The translations under genes and the position numbers were made by a program. A stretch of DNA of 64,000 bases from the NCBI GenBank assembly GCA_030390025.1, contig CM059438.1, positions 70,372,001-70,436,000 on the forward strand, read 5' to 3'. The notes beneath the pieces were generated by a model. It worked only from the letters and a program-made list of their open reading frames with translations, was not told the DNA's origin and searched no databases. Source of the DNA: Squalus acanthias. Lineage: Eukaryota. Shown piece after piece: positions 51,984 through 64,000 of the stretch; position 1 is the stretch's first letter, and each line of letters opens with the position of its first letter.

Positions 51984-52700
51984 GGCGGAAAAATTCAGTA
52001 TTGACCATTTTGGGGCACTAACATCGCCTGGGCGCTAACTTTAGCGCCGATGACCGCGAAATTGGGTTTTAGCGCCCCAAGAGGGAAGTGGAGCTCTAAA
52101 TCAAGCGCTCCACTTCCTTCTTAGGGCGCTAACATCGGAGAGCGGGGATGGAGACTTCAACAGCGCTGCCGCGTTCAAAGGCTCCTTCCCTCTCTTAAAG
52201 GGAAGGGCCATCGCTGCAGGCTCTGCAATACCTACTTGGACCACCAAAGCAGCCGCGATCCCGCGCGATCAGCCGGGCACTCAAGCAGAGTGCCAGGCTG
52301 ATCGATCGCGGGCGGGAACCCGTGAAAAAAACCATAACAGGAAAGGTAAGGGTTTTTTTTTCACTTACCTTGGCCACCTCGCCTTTAATCATCGCCCCCG
52401 AAGCTACCGGCCGCCCGATGCACGCCTCCTGCAGCTGTCGGTGTTTTCGACCAGCGCTGCTGCAGAGGGCGGAAGTTAATTTCGGGTCCGGGGCGCTACT
52501 GGGGCGATGCGCACGTGATGACGTCACGATCTCCGGGTGAAGGAGATCGGGGCGCAACGCTGTAGCGCCGCCGTAAAACTCCCGCCAAATATGGTGGGAG
52601 TCAGTGTCTGCGCCGCACCCGGTCGCAAAGCCATTTGTGCCCCGTTAGCGCATCCCGGGGGCGTTAACGGGAGGCGCATAGGCACCCAATTTCAACTCCC
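51984..52700. mobile_element. GC-rich Harbinger MITE
   Basis: Right end gggaggcgcataggcacccaatttcaactcc resembles the reverse complement of 31488-31525. Confidence 0.8.
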
Positions 52701-53039
52701 TCATTTTTTTCCTCTAAGTAATGCTGATCTTGATGCCTGGCTGTACGGAAGTAAGAATTACGGAAACTAGGCTTTTATTTTCTAAATTATGTTTTGCTTC
52801 TGAAATTGGAATGTGAGTAATATCTTCTTCGGGCTGTAACAAGGTATTTGGCTGTATGTATGAGGTGTTGTATACTGAGATGTGTGACAACAGTATTAAT
52901 GGCATCATTGCTGTGCCGCCCTCATCTATTTGGCTTCTCACCGATGCTAAACATGTGTGGTGTAAATCAGACCTGAAGGCCTGAACTGACTCCGTAGCAA
53001 AGCAGAGTGAGAATCCATCCTCCAGGGAGCCTCACTCTT

Positions 53040-53220
53040 GTTTTTATTCATTCACGGGATGCGGGTGTCACTGGCAAGGCCAGCATTTATTGCCCATCCC
53101 TAATTGCCCTCGAGAAGGAGATGCCTTCTTGAACCGCTGCAGTTTGTGAGGTGAAGGTGCTCCCACAGTGCTGGCTGGCAGGCAGGGAGTTCCAGGATTT
53201 TGACCCACCGACGATGAAGG
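53040..53220 (-). mobile_element. 3' tail of the CR1-group LINE family
   Basis: ggcaaggccagcatttattgcccatccctaattgccct. Confidence 0.8.
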
Positions 53221-54595
53221 ATCACTCAGGTCAGCCACTGACTCCAAACCCAGGCTGCATCCACACTGTGTAAATGTACCCTGAGAGACTCACATTGGAG
53301 GTAATAGAGTGCAGATAGAGGTGGTCTTTGTTGAACACAACAGATTCAACTGTTTGGCACCAGGGGATTGTCATTGTAGAATGGAACCAGCAGGACTGAA
53401 TAACTTAAACTGCAACGTGAGGTCACTGAGAACCCTTAAGGACAAAAAGGAAAAAAAGAGGCTTTTCATTCCATAAATCTGGGATGGATTTTAACTCATG
53501 CCTCAGAGTTGAAAGGACATTGCTCTAACTATCTGCTTCCCCAGCTGCATGTTGTTTGGAACAATCTTACACAATGCAGAATGAACATCTTAATTTCCCC
53601 TTTTTTTCCCGCTGGTTCATTGGTGAGATGGTAACAAGAGGGTAACAAGAATTTTAAGATCATTGGCAAAAGAATTAAAGAGGAGTTTAGACATTTTTTT
53701 GCACAGTGTGGTTAGAATGCATAAATCACTGCCACAAACCACAGTTTTGAAGCAAGAGCCCATATTTATTTTAAAAGAGTGAATTGGATAGTTGTTTGAA
53801 ACGAGGACCGTTAAAAAGTATGGCAAGCGAGCAGGGGACTGGGATTAGACTAGGCGCTCGTGGAGAAAAATACCGGCACAGACTTGATAGGCCAAATGGC
53901 CCTTTTCTGTGCTGTATCATAGAATGATTTAAAATATCGGCTTATGCACCTCTTTAGGCCTCCACACATCACACAGCATTCTGTAACTGATAGAAGAGGC
54001 CATGTAAGCTGTTCTCGGTGACTCACCCTCATTGTATGAAAGCAGTTGTGTATCTGCTCAGCATCTGCCTTTGGTGGCTCTTCCAAGAGCAGAACTTCAC
54101 CTTGGGGGATGGATTGCTCTTGTGTAGCAATAACAAAAGTACATACTTTGAATGGATGTACAGTGTTCCTGCACATAGCGAGCAGAGCAGTTATCCCCAG
54201 TGCAGTGGGAATTATGGGCTACAGTGCATTCTTGAAAGAGCTTGCCTTTTATCGCGCTTTTCATGCCCCAAGTGCTTTGCAACCAATTCATTACTTTTGT
54301 AGTCACTTTTATTAAATAGGCAGATGTGGCAGCCAATTTATGCACAGCAAGGTCCCACAAACAGCAGCGGCAGCAGGACCAGGAGTGTTTTAATGCCTTT
54401 GTGATCTGGACCGGGTCTCCCAAGTTTTAAGAATGAGTGATGCTGTAATACCTCCAAAGGCGGATAAATTTAACACAAGGCAAGGCATGATTCGGTTTGC
54501 TTTATAAACTGCTTTAGTCCACAGTAGTCAAAACATAGGGGAAGGACTGTCAGCTTCACCACTTTGGTGAGAATATGATGGAGTGGATCCTCCAT

Positions 54596-55766
54596 CTGTT
54601 AGAGACCCCGCCTGTTATTAATTCCGCCTGTTAGAGAGCCCGCCTGTTAGAGAGCCCGCCTGTTAGAGACTCCGCCTGTTAGAGACTCCGCCTGTTAGAG
54701 ACTCCACCTGTTAGAGAGCCCGCCTGTTAGAGAGCCCGCCTGTTGGAGACTCTGCCTGTTAGAGACTCCGCCTGTTAGAGACTCCGCCTGTTAGAGACTC
54801 CGCCTGTTAGAGAGCCCGCCTGTTAGAGACTCCGCCTGTTAGAGACTCCGCCTGTTAGTGAGCCCGCCTGTTAGAGAGCCCGCCTGTTAGAGAGCCCGCC
54901 TGTTGGAGACTCCGCCTGTTAGAGAGCCCGCCTGTTAGAGACTCCGCCTGTTAGAGAGCCCGCCTGTTAGAGACTCCGCCTGTTAGAGAGCCCGCCTGTT
55001 AGAGACTCCGCCTGTTAGAGAGCCCACCTGTTAGAGACGCCGCCTGTTAGAGACTCCACCTGTTAGAGAGCCCGCCTGTTAGAGACTCCGCCTGTTAGAG
55101 ACTCCGCCTGTTAGAGAGCCCGCCTGTTAGAGACTCCGCCTGTTAGAGAGCCCGCCTGTTGGAGACTCCACCTGTTAGAGAGCCCGCCTGTTAAAGAGCC
55201 CGCCTGGTAGAGACTCCGCCTGTTAGAGACTCCGCCTGTTAAAGAGCCCGCCTGGTAGAGACTCCGCCTGTTAGAGAGCCCGCCTGTTAGAGAGCCCGCC
55301 TGTTAGAGAGCCCGCCTGTTAGAGACTCCGCCTGTTAGAGACTCCGCCTGTTAGAGACTCCGCCTGTTAGAGAGCCCGCCTGTTAGAGACTCCGCCTGTT
55401 AGAGAGCCCGCCTGTTGGAGACTCCACCTGTTAGAGACTCCGCCTGTTAGAGACTCCGCCTGTTAGAGACTCCGCCTGTTAGAGAGCCCGCCTGTTAGAG
55501 AGCCCGCCTGTTAGAGAGCCCGCCTGTTAGAGACTCCGCCTGTTAGAGAGCCCGCCTGTTAGAGAGCCCGCCTGTTAGAGAGCCCGCCTGTTAGAGACTC
55601 CGCCTGTTAGAGACTCCGCCTGTTAGAGACTCCGCCTGTTAGAGACTCCGCCTGTTAGAGACTCCGCCTGTTAGAGAGCCCGCCTGTTAGAGAGCCCGCC
55701 TGTTAGAGAGCCCGCCTGTTAGAGACTCCGCCTGTTAGAGACTCCGCCTGTTAGTGAGCCCGCCTG
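54596..55766. repeat. 16-bp minisatellite, about 73 units, two main variants
   Basis: ctgttagagACTccgc and ctgttagagAGCccgc interspersed, with no spacers. Confidence 0.97.
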
Positions 55767-57092
55767 AAATCATTGAGATAAAAATCAGGTGAGTTCAAAA
55801 ATGGGTGTGATCTGCTCCATCAGATTCCTGCTCAGTTGGTGAAGACGGACCTCTACCCACTACAGAACACTGAATATGATGAAAAGGAATTGGAATTACA
55901 TAGACTTACATAGAATTTACAGCTCAGGATCAGACCATTCGGCCCAACTGGTCTGTGCCGATGTTTATGCTCCACACGAGTCTATTCCCATTCTTCCTCA
56001 TCTCACCCTAACAGCATATCCTTCTATTCCTTTCTCCCTCATGTGTTTATCTAGCTTCCCTATGCTATTCGACTCAACCACTCCATGTGATAGCAAGTTC
56101 CACATTTTCACCACTCTCTAAGTAAAGAAGTTTCCCCCTAATCCTTATTGGATTGATAAAGTGACTATCTTATATTTATAACCTCTTGTTTTGGTCTTCC
56201 CCACAAGTGGAAACATCCTCTTTACGCCTACCCTATGAAACCCATCTATAATTTTAAAGACCGGTATTAGGTCACCCCTTAGTCCCTCTTTTCTAGGGAA
56301 AAGAGCCCCAGCCTGTGCGGTACAATTTCTGTTTGCATATTGTTACAGAAAAAATAATGAACATGCTTTCCACTAGCCCACTATGGGGAATCTTACCCTA
56401 ACGTATGAAGGATCTCTGCTCCCTGTCCTAAAAACCAAGGCAGATGTGGCTTCTCCCCTGCGTCCTTTCCACTGCCTTGTCTGAATTCTGGTTTCTGTGA
56501 GTTTTTTTGAAAAAAGCCTCGCAGAGAACAAAGAAATTTACAAACCCAAGGTATAAGATGTCTCCTGAATGACCAGATTTTGCTTATGAATGGGCCATTG
56601 TTTGGGAACTCTTCAAAACAACGGCCCATCCCACATTTAAAACACCCCTTGACTGCCACTGATTGACAACTCCAAATGCGACTGTCTGGATCTGCTAATC
56701 GCTTTTAGGCAAATTTCTGCTTAAAGTGCATTTAAGACAGCACACGTCTGGGTCTATTCATGAAATAAATTGGCCACGGAATCCCAAACCATGATATGCA
56801 CATACAAAAAGGGTGGAAAGGGACTTTGGAGAAACATTAGTCATTTGCAACTTCACTATCAAAGCTGTCCTGCAGTTTTAATGAAACAGAGGCAGTAAAG
56901 AGTGCAGACAGGTGTAAACTACAAGTGGGTGGGTCGCGAGAGGTTCGTTAGAGGGTGAAAAAGTAAAGCCGTATTTACAGAAACCAACAGCTACAGTGAG
57001 TCTTATTCTTGGAACAAATGTCACCTTAACAATGGGGGCAGTTTAGTGTATGTGGTCATGTGCTAAATTGCAGTTATGTAACAATATTAATA

Positions 57093-57928
57093 CAGTCCCC
57101 ACCAATGTTCCCTGTAATTATTTTTTGGGTGCGCGGCCCATTCAAATTTCTGCGCATGTGCGTTTTTTCCGTTCGAAAGCCGGTGACCGGCCTGCGCAGG
57201 GACCTTTAGACTGCTGCGCAGCCGCGCAGGTTAACGAGATCAATGGTTGGCACCGTTTACACCGTTCCTGCTTATTCCGGACAGCTGCCTATATCAGGCA
57301 AATGGCGTTCACCATTTGCCATCACCATAGGCGTCAATTACAGAGGCGCCGTTTAAACCGTATTAAGCACGCCGACTATTTTGAGCTGTTCAAGCAGCTG
57401 TTTGCACCTCGTCCTTACCCGTCATTAAGCTGCTCACTACTTGCAAGCGGGACTTTCATCTTGAGCATTCCGCAATTAACTTTCCCTCCCTGGGAAAAAA
57501 AAAAAATTTCTTGAAGTTTAACTAGAGGAAATGACTTTAAAATAGCCTCTAGAACCCCTGCCACCGCTGAAGCCCTCCTTGGCGGCTTGCTGAGCTTGAC
57601 ACCTTCCGGCTCTGTTTTAAAATTAAATGTTAAATACTCTGAGGACGTTTGAAAAATGCTCTGAATGCAGCAACATGTTTTGATAATGTTCCTGCCTGCT
57701 GCTTCTCTTCATATTTTTGTTGGGTGCTGTTAAATTAAATTTTGTCAGCAAGTGCATTTAAAGGGCATATTGTTAAGCCCCCTACTGCGCTTTGGTAACT
57801 TTAGGTGACAATTCTGATAAGGAGTTGAGTTGTATTATTGGGGAGGCAATTAGCCATTATACCAGCCATCGCATATAGCGGATAAATCGCGCTCCCTTGA
57901 ACGCGCTCGCTGCAAGCGGTGGGGACTG
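57093..57928. mobile_element. Tc1/mariner (Tigger-like) non-autonomous element with a small element in its left TIR
   Basis: TA-cagtccccac ... gtggggactg-TA; insert 57103-57245 (caatgttccctgtaa...gatcaatg) flanked by gtccccac / gttggcac. Confidence 0.7.
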
Positions 57929-58979
57929 TACTTGTATTTATCAAGCAATTTATACATTGAAACATCGCAAAATGCTTTCCATGATGATATTTTGAAGCAC
58001 ACAGTTGTTATGATGGTTGAATCACACCAGTTTTTCTGCTCTGAATCCTTGTTTTCTCAGATCACACACTGGATCCAGTTGCTCAGACACAATTTGCATT
58101 CTACGGCACAGTTTTACGCACCAGTAGCTTTTTCATTTAAATAAACCAATTTAAAATTAAATCATGAAGTAAAATATTATAATTTATCCAGCAATGTCAT
58201 ACCTCTGTAATACAGATTATAAATATATTTTTTAATTTATTCATTTATGGGATGTGGATGTCGCTGGCAAGGCCAGCATTTATTGCCCATCCCTAGTTGC
58301 CCTTGAGAAGGTGGTGGTGAGCCGCCTTCTTGAACCGCTGCAGTCCGTGTGGTGAAGGTACTCCCACAGTGCTGTTAGGGAGTTCCAGGATTTTGACCCA
58401 ACGACGATGAAGTAACGGCGATATACTTCTAAGTCAGGATGGTGTGTGACTTGGAGGGGAACTTGGAGGCGGTGTTGGTCCCATGCACCTGCTGCCCTTG
58501 TCCTTCTAGGTGGAAGAGGTTGCGGGTTTGGGAGGCGCTGCCGAAGAAGCCTTGGCGAGTTGCTGCAGTGCATCTTCTAGATGCTAGACACTGCAGCCAC
58601 GGTACGCCAGTGGTGGAGGGAGTGAATGTTTAATGTGGTGCATGGGGTGTCAATCAAGCGGGCTGCTTTGTCCTGGATGGTGTCGAGCTTCTTGAGTGTT
58701 GTTGGAGCTGCACTCATCCAGGCAAGTGAAGAGTATTCCATCACACTCCTTACTTGTGCCTTGTAGATGGTGGAAAGGCTTTGGGAAGTCAGGAGGTGAG
58801 ACACTCGCCGCAGAATACCTAGCCTCTGACCTGCTCTTGTTGTCACAGTATTTATGTGGCTGGTCCAGTTAAGTTTCTGGTCAACGATGACCCCCAGGAT
58901 GTTGATGGTGGGGGATTCAGCGATGGTAATGCCGTTAAATGTCAAGGGGCGGTGGTTAGACTCTTGCTTGTTGGAGATA

Positions 58980-59410
58980 TGATGTGGATACACGACAGCG
59001 CAAAATCATAGAGCAGAAACTGATAGCCAAGTTCCGCACTCATGAGGATGGCCTCAATCGCGATATCGGGTTCATGTCACGATACAGAACGTGACTTGAC
59101 ATCATGGCCAGTCTTCCCAGGTGTTTTTTTTGTTTTTTTTTTAAAAAGGCTAACACAAGAACACAAATTGACAGGATATGCAGCCAGCAGGTGGTTTGAC
59201 ATGTTGGACCCCCTGGGACACATCTCATTGTCTTGGCTGTGCTCTTTGTTGTAGCGAATAATGTGAATAGATTTTGTCTGGGTTTAAATTGTGAATTCTG
59301 GGAGATTCTCTCATTGCTAACTTACCTGACGAAGGAGCGACAGCTCCGAAAGCTTGTAAAATTAAATAAATCTGTTGGACTATAACCTGGTGTTGTGCGA
59401 CTTCTCATTT
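58980..59410 (+). mobile_element. Penelope-like element 3' end with 12-bp TSD
   Basis: TSD ttgttggagata (58968-58979, 59411-59422). 58987-59094 encodes DTRQRKIIEQKLIAKFRTHEDGLNRDIGFMSRYRT*, resembling the C-terminus of PLE GIY-YIG endonucleases. Confidence 0.85.
59322..59359 (+). ncRNA. Minimal type-I hammerhead ribozyme motif (PLE-associated), sense to ASTN2
   Basis: uuac-CUGACGA-A-GGAGC(gaca)GCUCC-GAAA-gc-UU-guaa. Confidence 0.72.
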
Positions 59411-62400
59411 TTGTTGGAGATAGTCATTGCCTGGCACTTGTGTGGCGCGAATGTTACCTGCCACTTATCAGCCCAAGCCTGAACATTGTCCAGGTCTTGT
59501 TGCATGCAGGGATGGACTGCTTCATTGTCTGAGGAGTTGTGAATGGCACTGAACACTGTGCAGTCATCAGCGAACATCCCCATTTCTGACCTTATGTTGG
59601 AGGGAAGGTCATTGATGAAGCAGCTGAAGATGGTTGGGCCTAGGACAGTTGATACTATGCTGACATATTATACTATGACAGTTGAGAATATGTTAGTGTG
59701 TTATAAGAATGAAAGAACTTGCATGGATAGAGCACCTTTCACGACTCAGGACGTCCCAAAGCGCTTCACAGCCAATGAAGTACTTTTGAAGTAATGTAGG
59801 GAAACACGGCAGCCACTTTGCGCACAGCAAGGTCCCACAAACAGCAATGCGACTTACAAAGTGCTCTGCCTGTGTAATGGGATGTGTTACTATGTTATAG
59901 CGATCATATTGCAAGGCTCTGCTGCCGATGTGGAGCCGCACTAGTTGGAAACAGGGGTTGGAGACAGGGCTGTAGCACTATAGTCTTGCGCTCAACTCGC
60001 GCTCACCACTAGCGAGGCTCTGTGCTAGCAGCTTTTATATAGTGCCTTTAATGTAATAGAATGTCCCAAAGTGCAGAATCTTTAAAGGAGCAGAATCAGA
60101 CAAAAATTGACACTGAGCCAAAGAAGGAGACCTGAGGATAGGTGACCAAAAGAAAGAGATATTAGGACGGGTGACTAAAATTTTGGTCAAGGAAGTAGGT
60201 TTTGAGGCACGTCTTGAAGGAGGAGAAACAGGTGGAGAGGTTTAGGGAGGGGATTCACATGAAATCCCTTTGCCCACTGTTTTAACAGAGGTGTTAACCT
60301 GTTGCAATTATTGGGATGTTGAAAGCTGGTATCTAGATGCACCATTGTAGTTGACATTGACCTCGTCGTTACTTTTTCAACTTGGCTCAAATACTGAGAG
60401 AACCCAATTGTAATTTAACACCAGTGTAAAGGGAGTTCAGGAAACTTCAGGAGAAAAAACGGCTCATCTGTAAAATGTTTTGCAAAAAGGCCAAATGTGC
60501 AAAGTGGAGTGCATCATCACGTGATTATCGATATGAGTACTTTATTACAAGAGTCTTTTTATAAACTTCATACAAAGTTTCACAAAAAATACCCTTAAAA
60601 TACTTGCCGATTGTTGGTGTTGAAGATGTGACTGCATTACAAGGTAACTCCGACGACCCATCTGGACGACACTGAATTTCAGTTTGATACAGGAACTAGG
60701 CTGGCATATCCAGTGTGATGATGGGGCCCCTTTAGTTTGGCATTCAAAAATATCTTCAAACACTTCTAGGTGCCTTTCAGATAATAAACTGTTTTGCTGT
60801 TATTTACACGAGTTTGAAATACTTTTCATCCAATTACAAGTGTGTAATTCTTTTATTATGTATAAAAAAATCACTTCTAAATGAGAGATGGAATTATGTA
60901 CATCTCATAAAAACACCGAGATGTCTCTTCAACTGAGATTAAACCAGTCAAAAAAATTATTTTGTTTCTCAAGTGCTCTCATTTATTTCAAGAAATTTCT
61001 TAATAACAACTTTCAAAGGAGATGTCAAATTCATATTAAGCCGTTGCTTATTGACAACTTTGTGACCTTGTACGTAAATGTGTTGTTTGGAAATCTCTCT
61101 AATTGATTTCAAAATGTCTGTGAATACGTTTGGGACGTCTCTAGTTGACAACCTAGCTATTTTAAGTGGCTATCTCAAGGCAGATCTAAATAAGACCTGC
61201 CGAGCACATTTGATATTTAGAGCTGTCAGAAATTCATTTCTAAGATGCATAGCAATTATTTGTCAACAACCTAATGTGAATTGGAGAGCTACCTTAACTG
61301 AATTTGTGATCTTTCTAACTGCCACATGTCCTCAGCAGGGTAGCCAAGTTTTATTTAGATGCATTTCAAATGTAAAACCTTCAGTCGTGATTTATATTAT
61401 TGAGTTAGTTAGTACAACAATGGTGCAGCATTTAAAAGGTGAGAGAGTCCAGAGCCATTTTCTTTGTGTAGTTGAACAAAATTGTAGTTGTAAAAAATGA
61501 TGCCACCATTTTTACAACGCTACTTTCAGTTGAGATTTGCCGTCTTTTTTCACCTTTTTTTAATGGCTCCTCCACAGAAATGATGAGATATTATTGACAC
61601 TACTAAATGTGCCCTACGCTTCCACATTTCATTGCCCGGTCCTCTCTTTAATCCTGCAGCCGGACCGGAAAGGGGGCACAACAAGTAGCACTTGAACACT
61701 TTTATGCACAAGATTGCGTAGAATGCTCGGTGGCCTGTTGCAAGTTTTTTTTGGGGGGGCAGCGGGGAGGCCTGTGTAGAAGAAAATAAAAACAGTTGAT
61801 GTGGCCGACATAAGAATGTGCATTCAGATCACAGGAATGTTTCTTTGTTGTTATTGCTGGAAACAGAGGGAGAAAGGTCAAAGGAAACAGAGTGCAGATC
61901 AAGAGAGGCCCCAAAACGGGAGAAAGTGAGGCACGAAAACAAAGAATGAGGGAGAGGGAGGGACATGCCCTAACAGACAAAAAGCAGGGAGGCAGATTGA
62001 AACATATTGAATCGCCAAGAAAGGATCAAAAGCAATCAGAATTTATTGTTTTGTAGCAGTGGTGGCTGGAAACTTTTAATGCTTTCCAAAATATTGAGGA
62101 AGTCTGCCCTTCTCTCCACTGACACTCTTGCACTCTCTCAGGTATCCCAGTGCCTCAGTAGATTGCAGTAGCTGGTTGCTCGCAGCAAACGACAAGGGGA
62201 TAACATTTTGTGGTAAAATTATTGACAAGAGAAATAAGGGTCATAACTTCATGTGACTTGAGGTCATATAACAGTAGAGACATTGTACTGGGTTATAAAG
62301 TTACCAAATGCATTTTAGACCACACAAGTGATTCTGAATCCAGATAATCTCTAACTTTACAGGATGCAGTGATGGAAAGGTCTGCTATTAGTCAAAAATC

Positions 62401-63472
62401 CAAGACTTGTGAGGCTTTGTGGTTGAGGCACAGATATTTTGTTAAAAGTCATTGGTTTAATAAAAGGATTCATAAGCACAAAAAAAACCCATAAAATTAT
62501 TTTAAAACTGCAACCACAAGTGAAGATAAGTAAGAAAAAATATGAAGGAGAAGTTAGTGTGATGATCAGCAGTTGGGATAAAGTGTCAGGAGGCAAGTTC
62601 CCCCTATCCTGAGTTATTGATCTCAACAATCCATTTCGGACTAGCATCAGGAGAGGCCTGCAAACAGCTTGGCTGCTTTTCTTGTTTCAGTTGTCATATA
62701 GAGAGGCAAAAAAAATCCCTTGAAAAGACAAAGGCTTCCCTTCAAAAATTAAATGGCATAAAGGAAAGAGTAAACTTGAAAATGAAGGAAGCCTAAAATT
62801 AAATTCCAGGGTCGGGGAGTTGGGTGGGGAAGCGTTGGGCAGCTCGCCAGAATTGCAAGAGGGAGATGTATGCTTGCGATATATTCTGGAATTTTACTTG
62901 ATTACCTTTGGAGGTCAGGGACTATTTATGCAGAACGTTAAGTTTTAAATATGTGGGGTCGAGTCCATCATAGAGGAGATTATTCCTGGATAGATTATAG
63001 CTGGAATGAGCTTGTTGAGCTGTGCGGCTTGTTCCCGTTCCATATTCCTGATGTTTATTGGTACTGCTTCCATGCTTTTTGTCACGTTATGACTCATCTG
63101 TATTCAAGATACATTCTTGAATCGCACAGGAGTGGGATTGCATTTTTGCTGCTTGTCTTCTCTGTCTCTCAGGTTTACCACGGTGCTGTTTCTTTATTCT
63201 TTTCTGAATCTGATTTTCTCCTTTAGTTTTTGTATTTCTTTTCTCTCTCCTGACGATCTTTTCACTTCATGAGGTCTTTTTTTTGTTTTTATTTTGCACA
63301 CCCCAATCCCTTCCATTAATAACTTTTTTCCCCTCTCAGTCATCCTTCTGTGTCTTGGGCTCCATCACCCATGGACAAGCAGTGAATGTGGACCACGAGA
63401 AGATAATTGCTGAAATTCTCAGCGAATATCATTGAATCATGCATCACGCTCTGAGAATCTAGAAGGGAATAT

Positions 63473-63661
63473 GGGGATAGATCTTCAACTTGCCGCCCGG
63501 GCATAAAGCTGGCGTTGCAGATCGGCCGCCCGTTATACAAAGCGCTCAATTTTCATTTTTCCATTAATTTCAATGGAAGTGACAATCGGGTGGCTTCTAT
63601 TAAGGGCGTCCGACCACAATGCCTGTTTTTTAGTCTGACTGGCAAGTTGAAAATTTACCCC
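63473..63661. mobile_element. Small palindromic MITE
   Basis: ggggatagatcttcaacttgcc / ggcaagttgaaaatttacccc TIRs; internal hairpin ttccattaatttcaatggaa. Confidence 0.7.
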
Positions 63662-64000
63662 ATGGCCATTTGAAGAGTCGCCTTGCCCACTGGAAATTGA
63701 CTGACCCCCCAGGTCTGCCGATATTAAATTTTGCACCAGGAAACCCAATCGAGATGGGAAAAATGTCATTTAATTTGCATTGTGCTGTAGAATTCTGTTT
63801 GTCACAGCCCCAAACTGTATTCTAGTTGTAAAATTGTATCCTAGCACCATTTCACACCGCCCGTCAATGCACAAAATGTCACAGGAATGATCAGGACTGA
63901 AAGAAACCATTGCACTCCAACTGGCCAGTCCCAAAATACAAAATCTCTCACACCCCTAAATCACTTTCTCTCTCAATAATCTATCCAGTTCTCTCTTGAA

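Larger units (their letters stand above)
58235..59645 (-). mobile_element. CR1-group LINE 3' fragment split by a Penelope insertion
   Basis: MGMFADDCTVFS...CQAMTISNK (59583-59411) continues as ISNKQESNHRPLTFNG (58979 downward). Confidence 0.92.

Noticed and set aside
54596..55766. CRISPR-like regular array
   Set aside because: Head-to-tail 16-mers with no unique spacers, no cas genes, and vertebrate context.
40463..64000. Next ASTN2 exon (AFKSALMSSYWCSGKG-like)
   Set aside because: Not found by eye or in the ORF track; presumably beyond the window.

Overview
Eukaryotic, repeat-rich intronic DNA, most likely from a cartilaginous fish (shark). This is inferred from an HE1-type V-SINE, Deu-domain SINEs and CR1/L2 LINEs. 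I can support only one host coding exon: a 266-bp internal exon of astrotactin-2 (ASTN2, + strand, 40197-40462), so the window is essentially two large ASTN2 introns. In mammals the upstream intron hosts antisense TRIM32; no TRIM32 ORF is visible here. The introns hold layered transposon fossils: a decayed two-gene PIF/Harbinger transposon plus many MITE/deletion derivatives, L2 and CR1-group LINEs (several nested), Tigger/pogo and hAT remnants, SINEs, a 16-bp two-variant minisatellite that appears to have grown inside a MITE, and Penelope-like element (PLE) ends. The most notable signal is three minimal type-I hammerhead-ribozyme motifs in the PLE ends, with stems that differ between families yet still pair and palindromic stem-III loops; one is on the ASTN2 sense strand. 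All calls were made by eye without database searches, and repeat boundaries are approximate unless a TSD or TIR is quoted.
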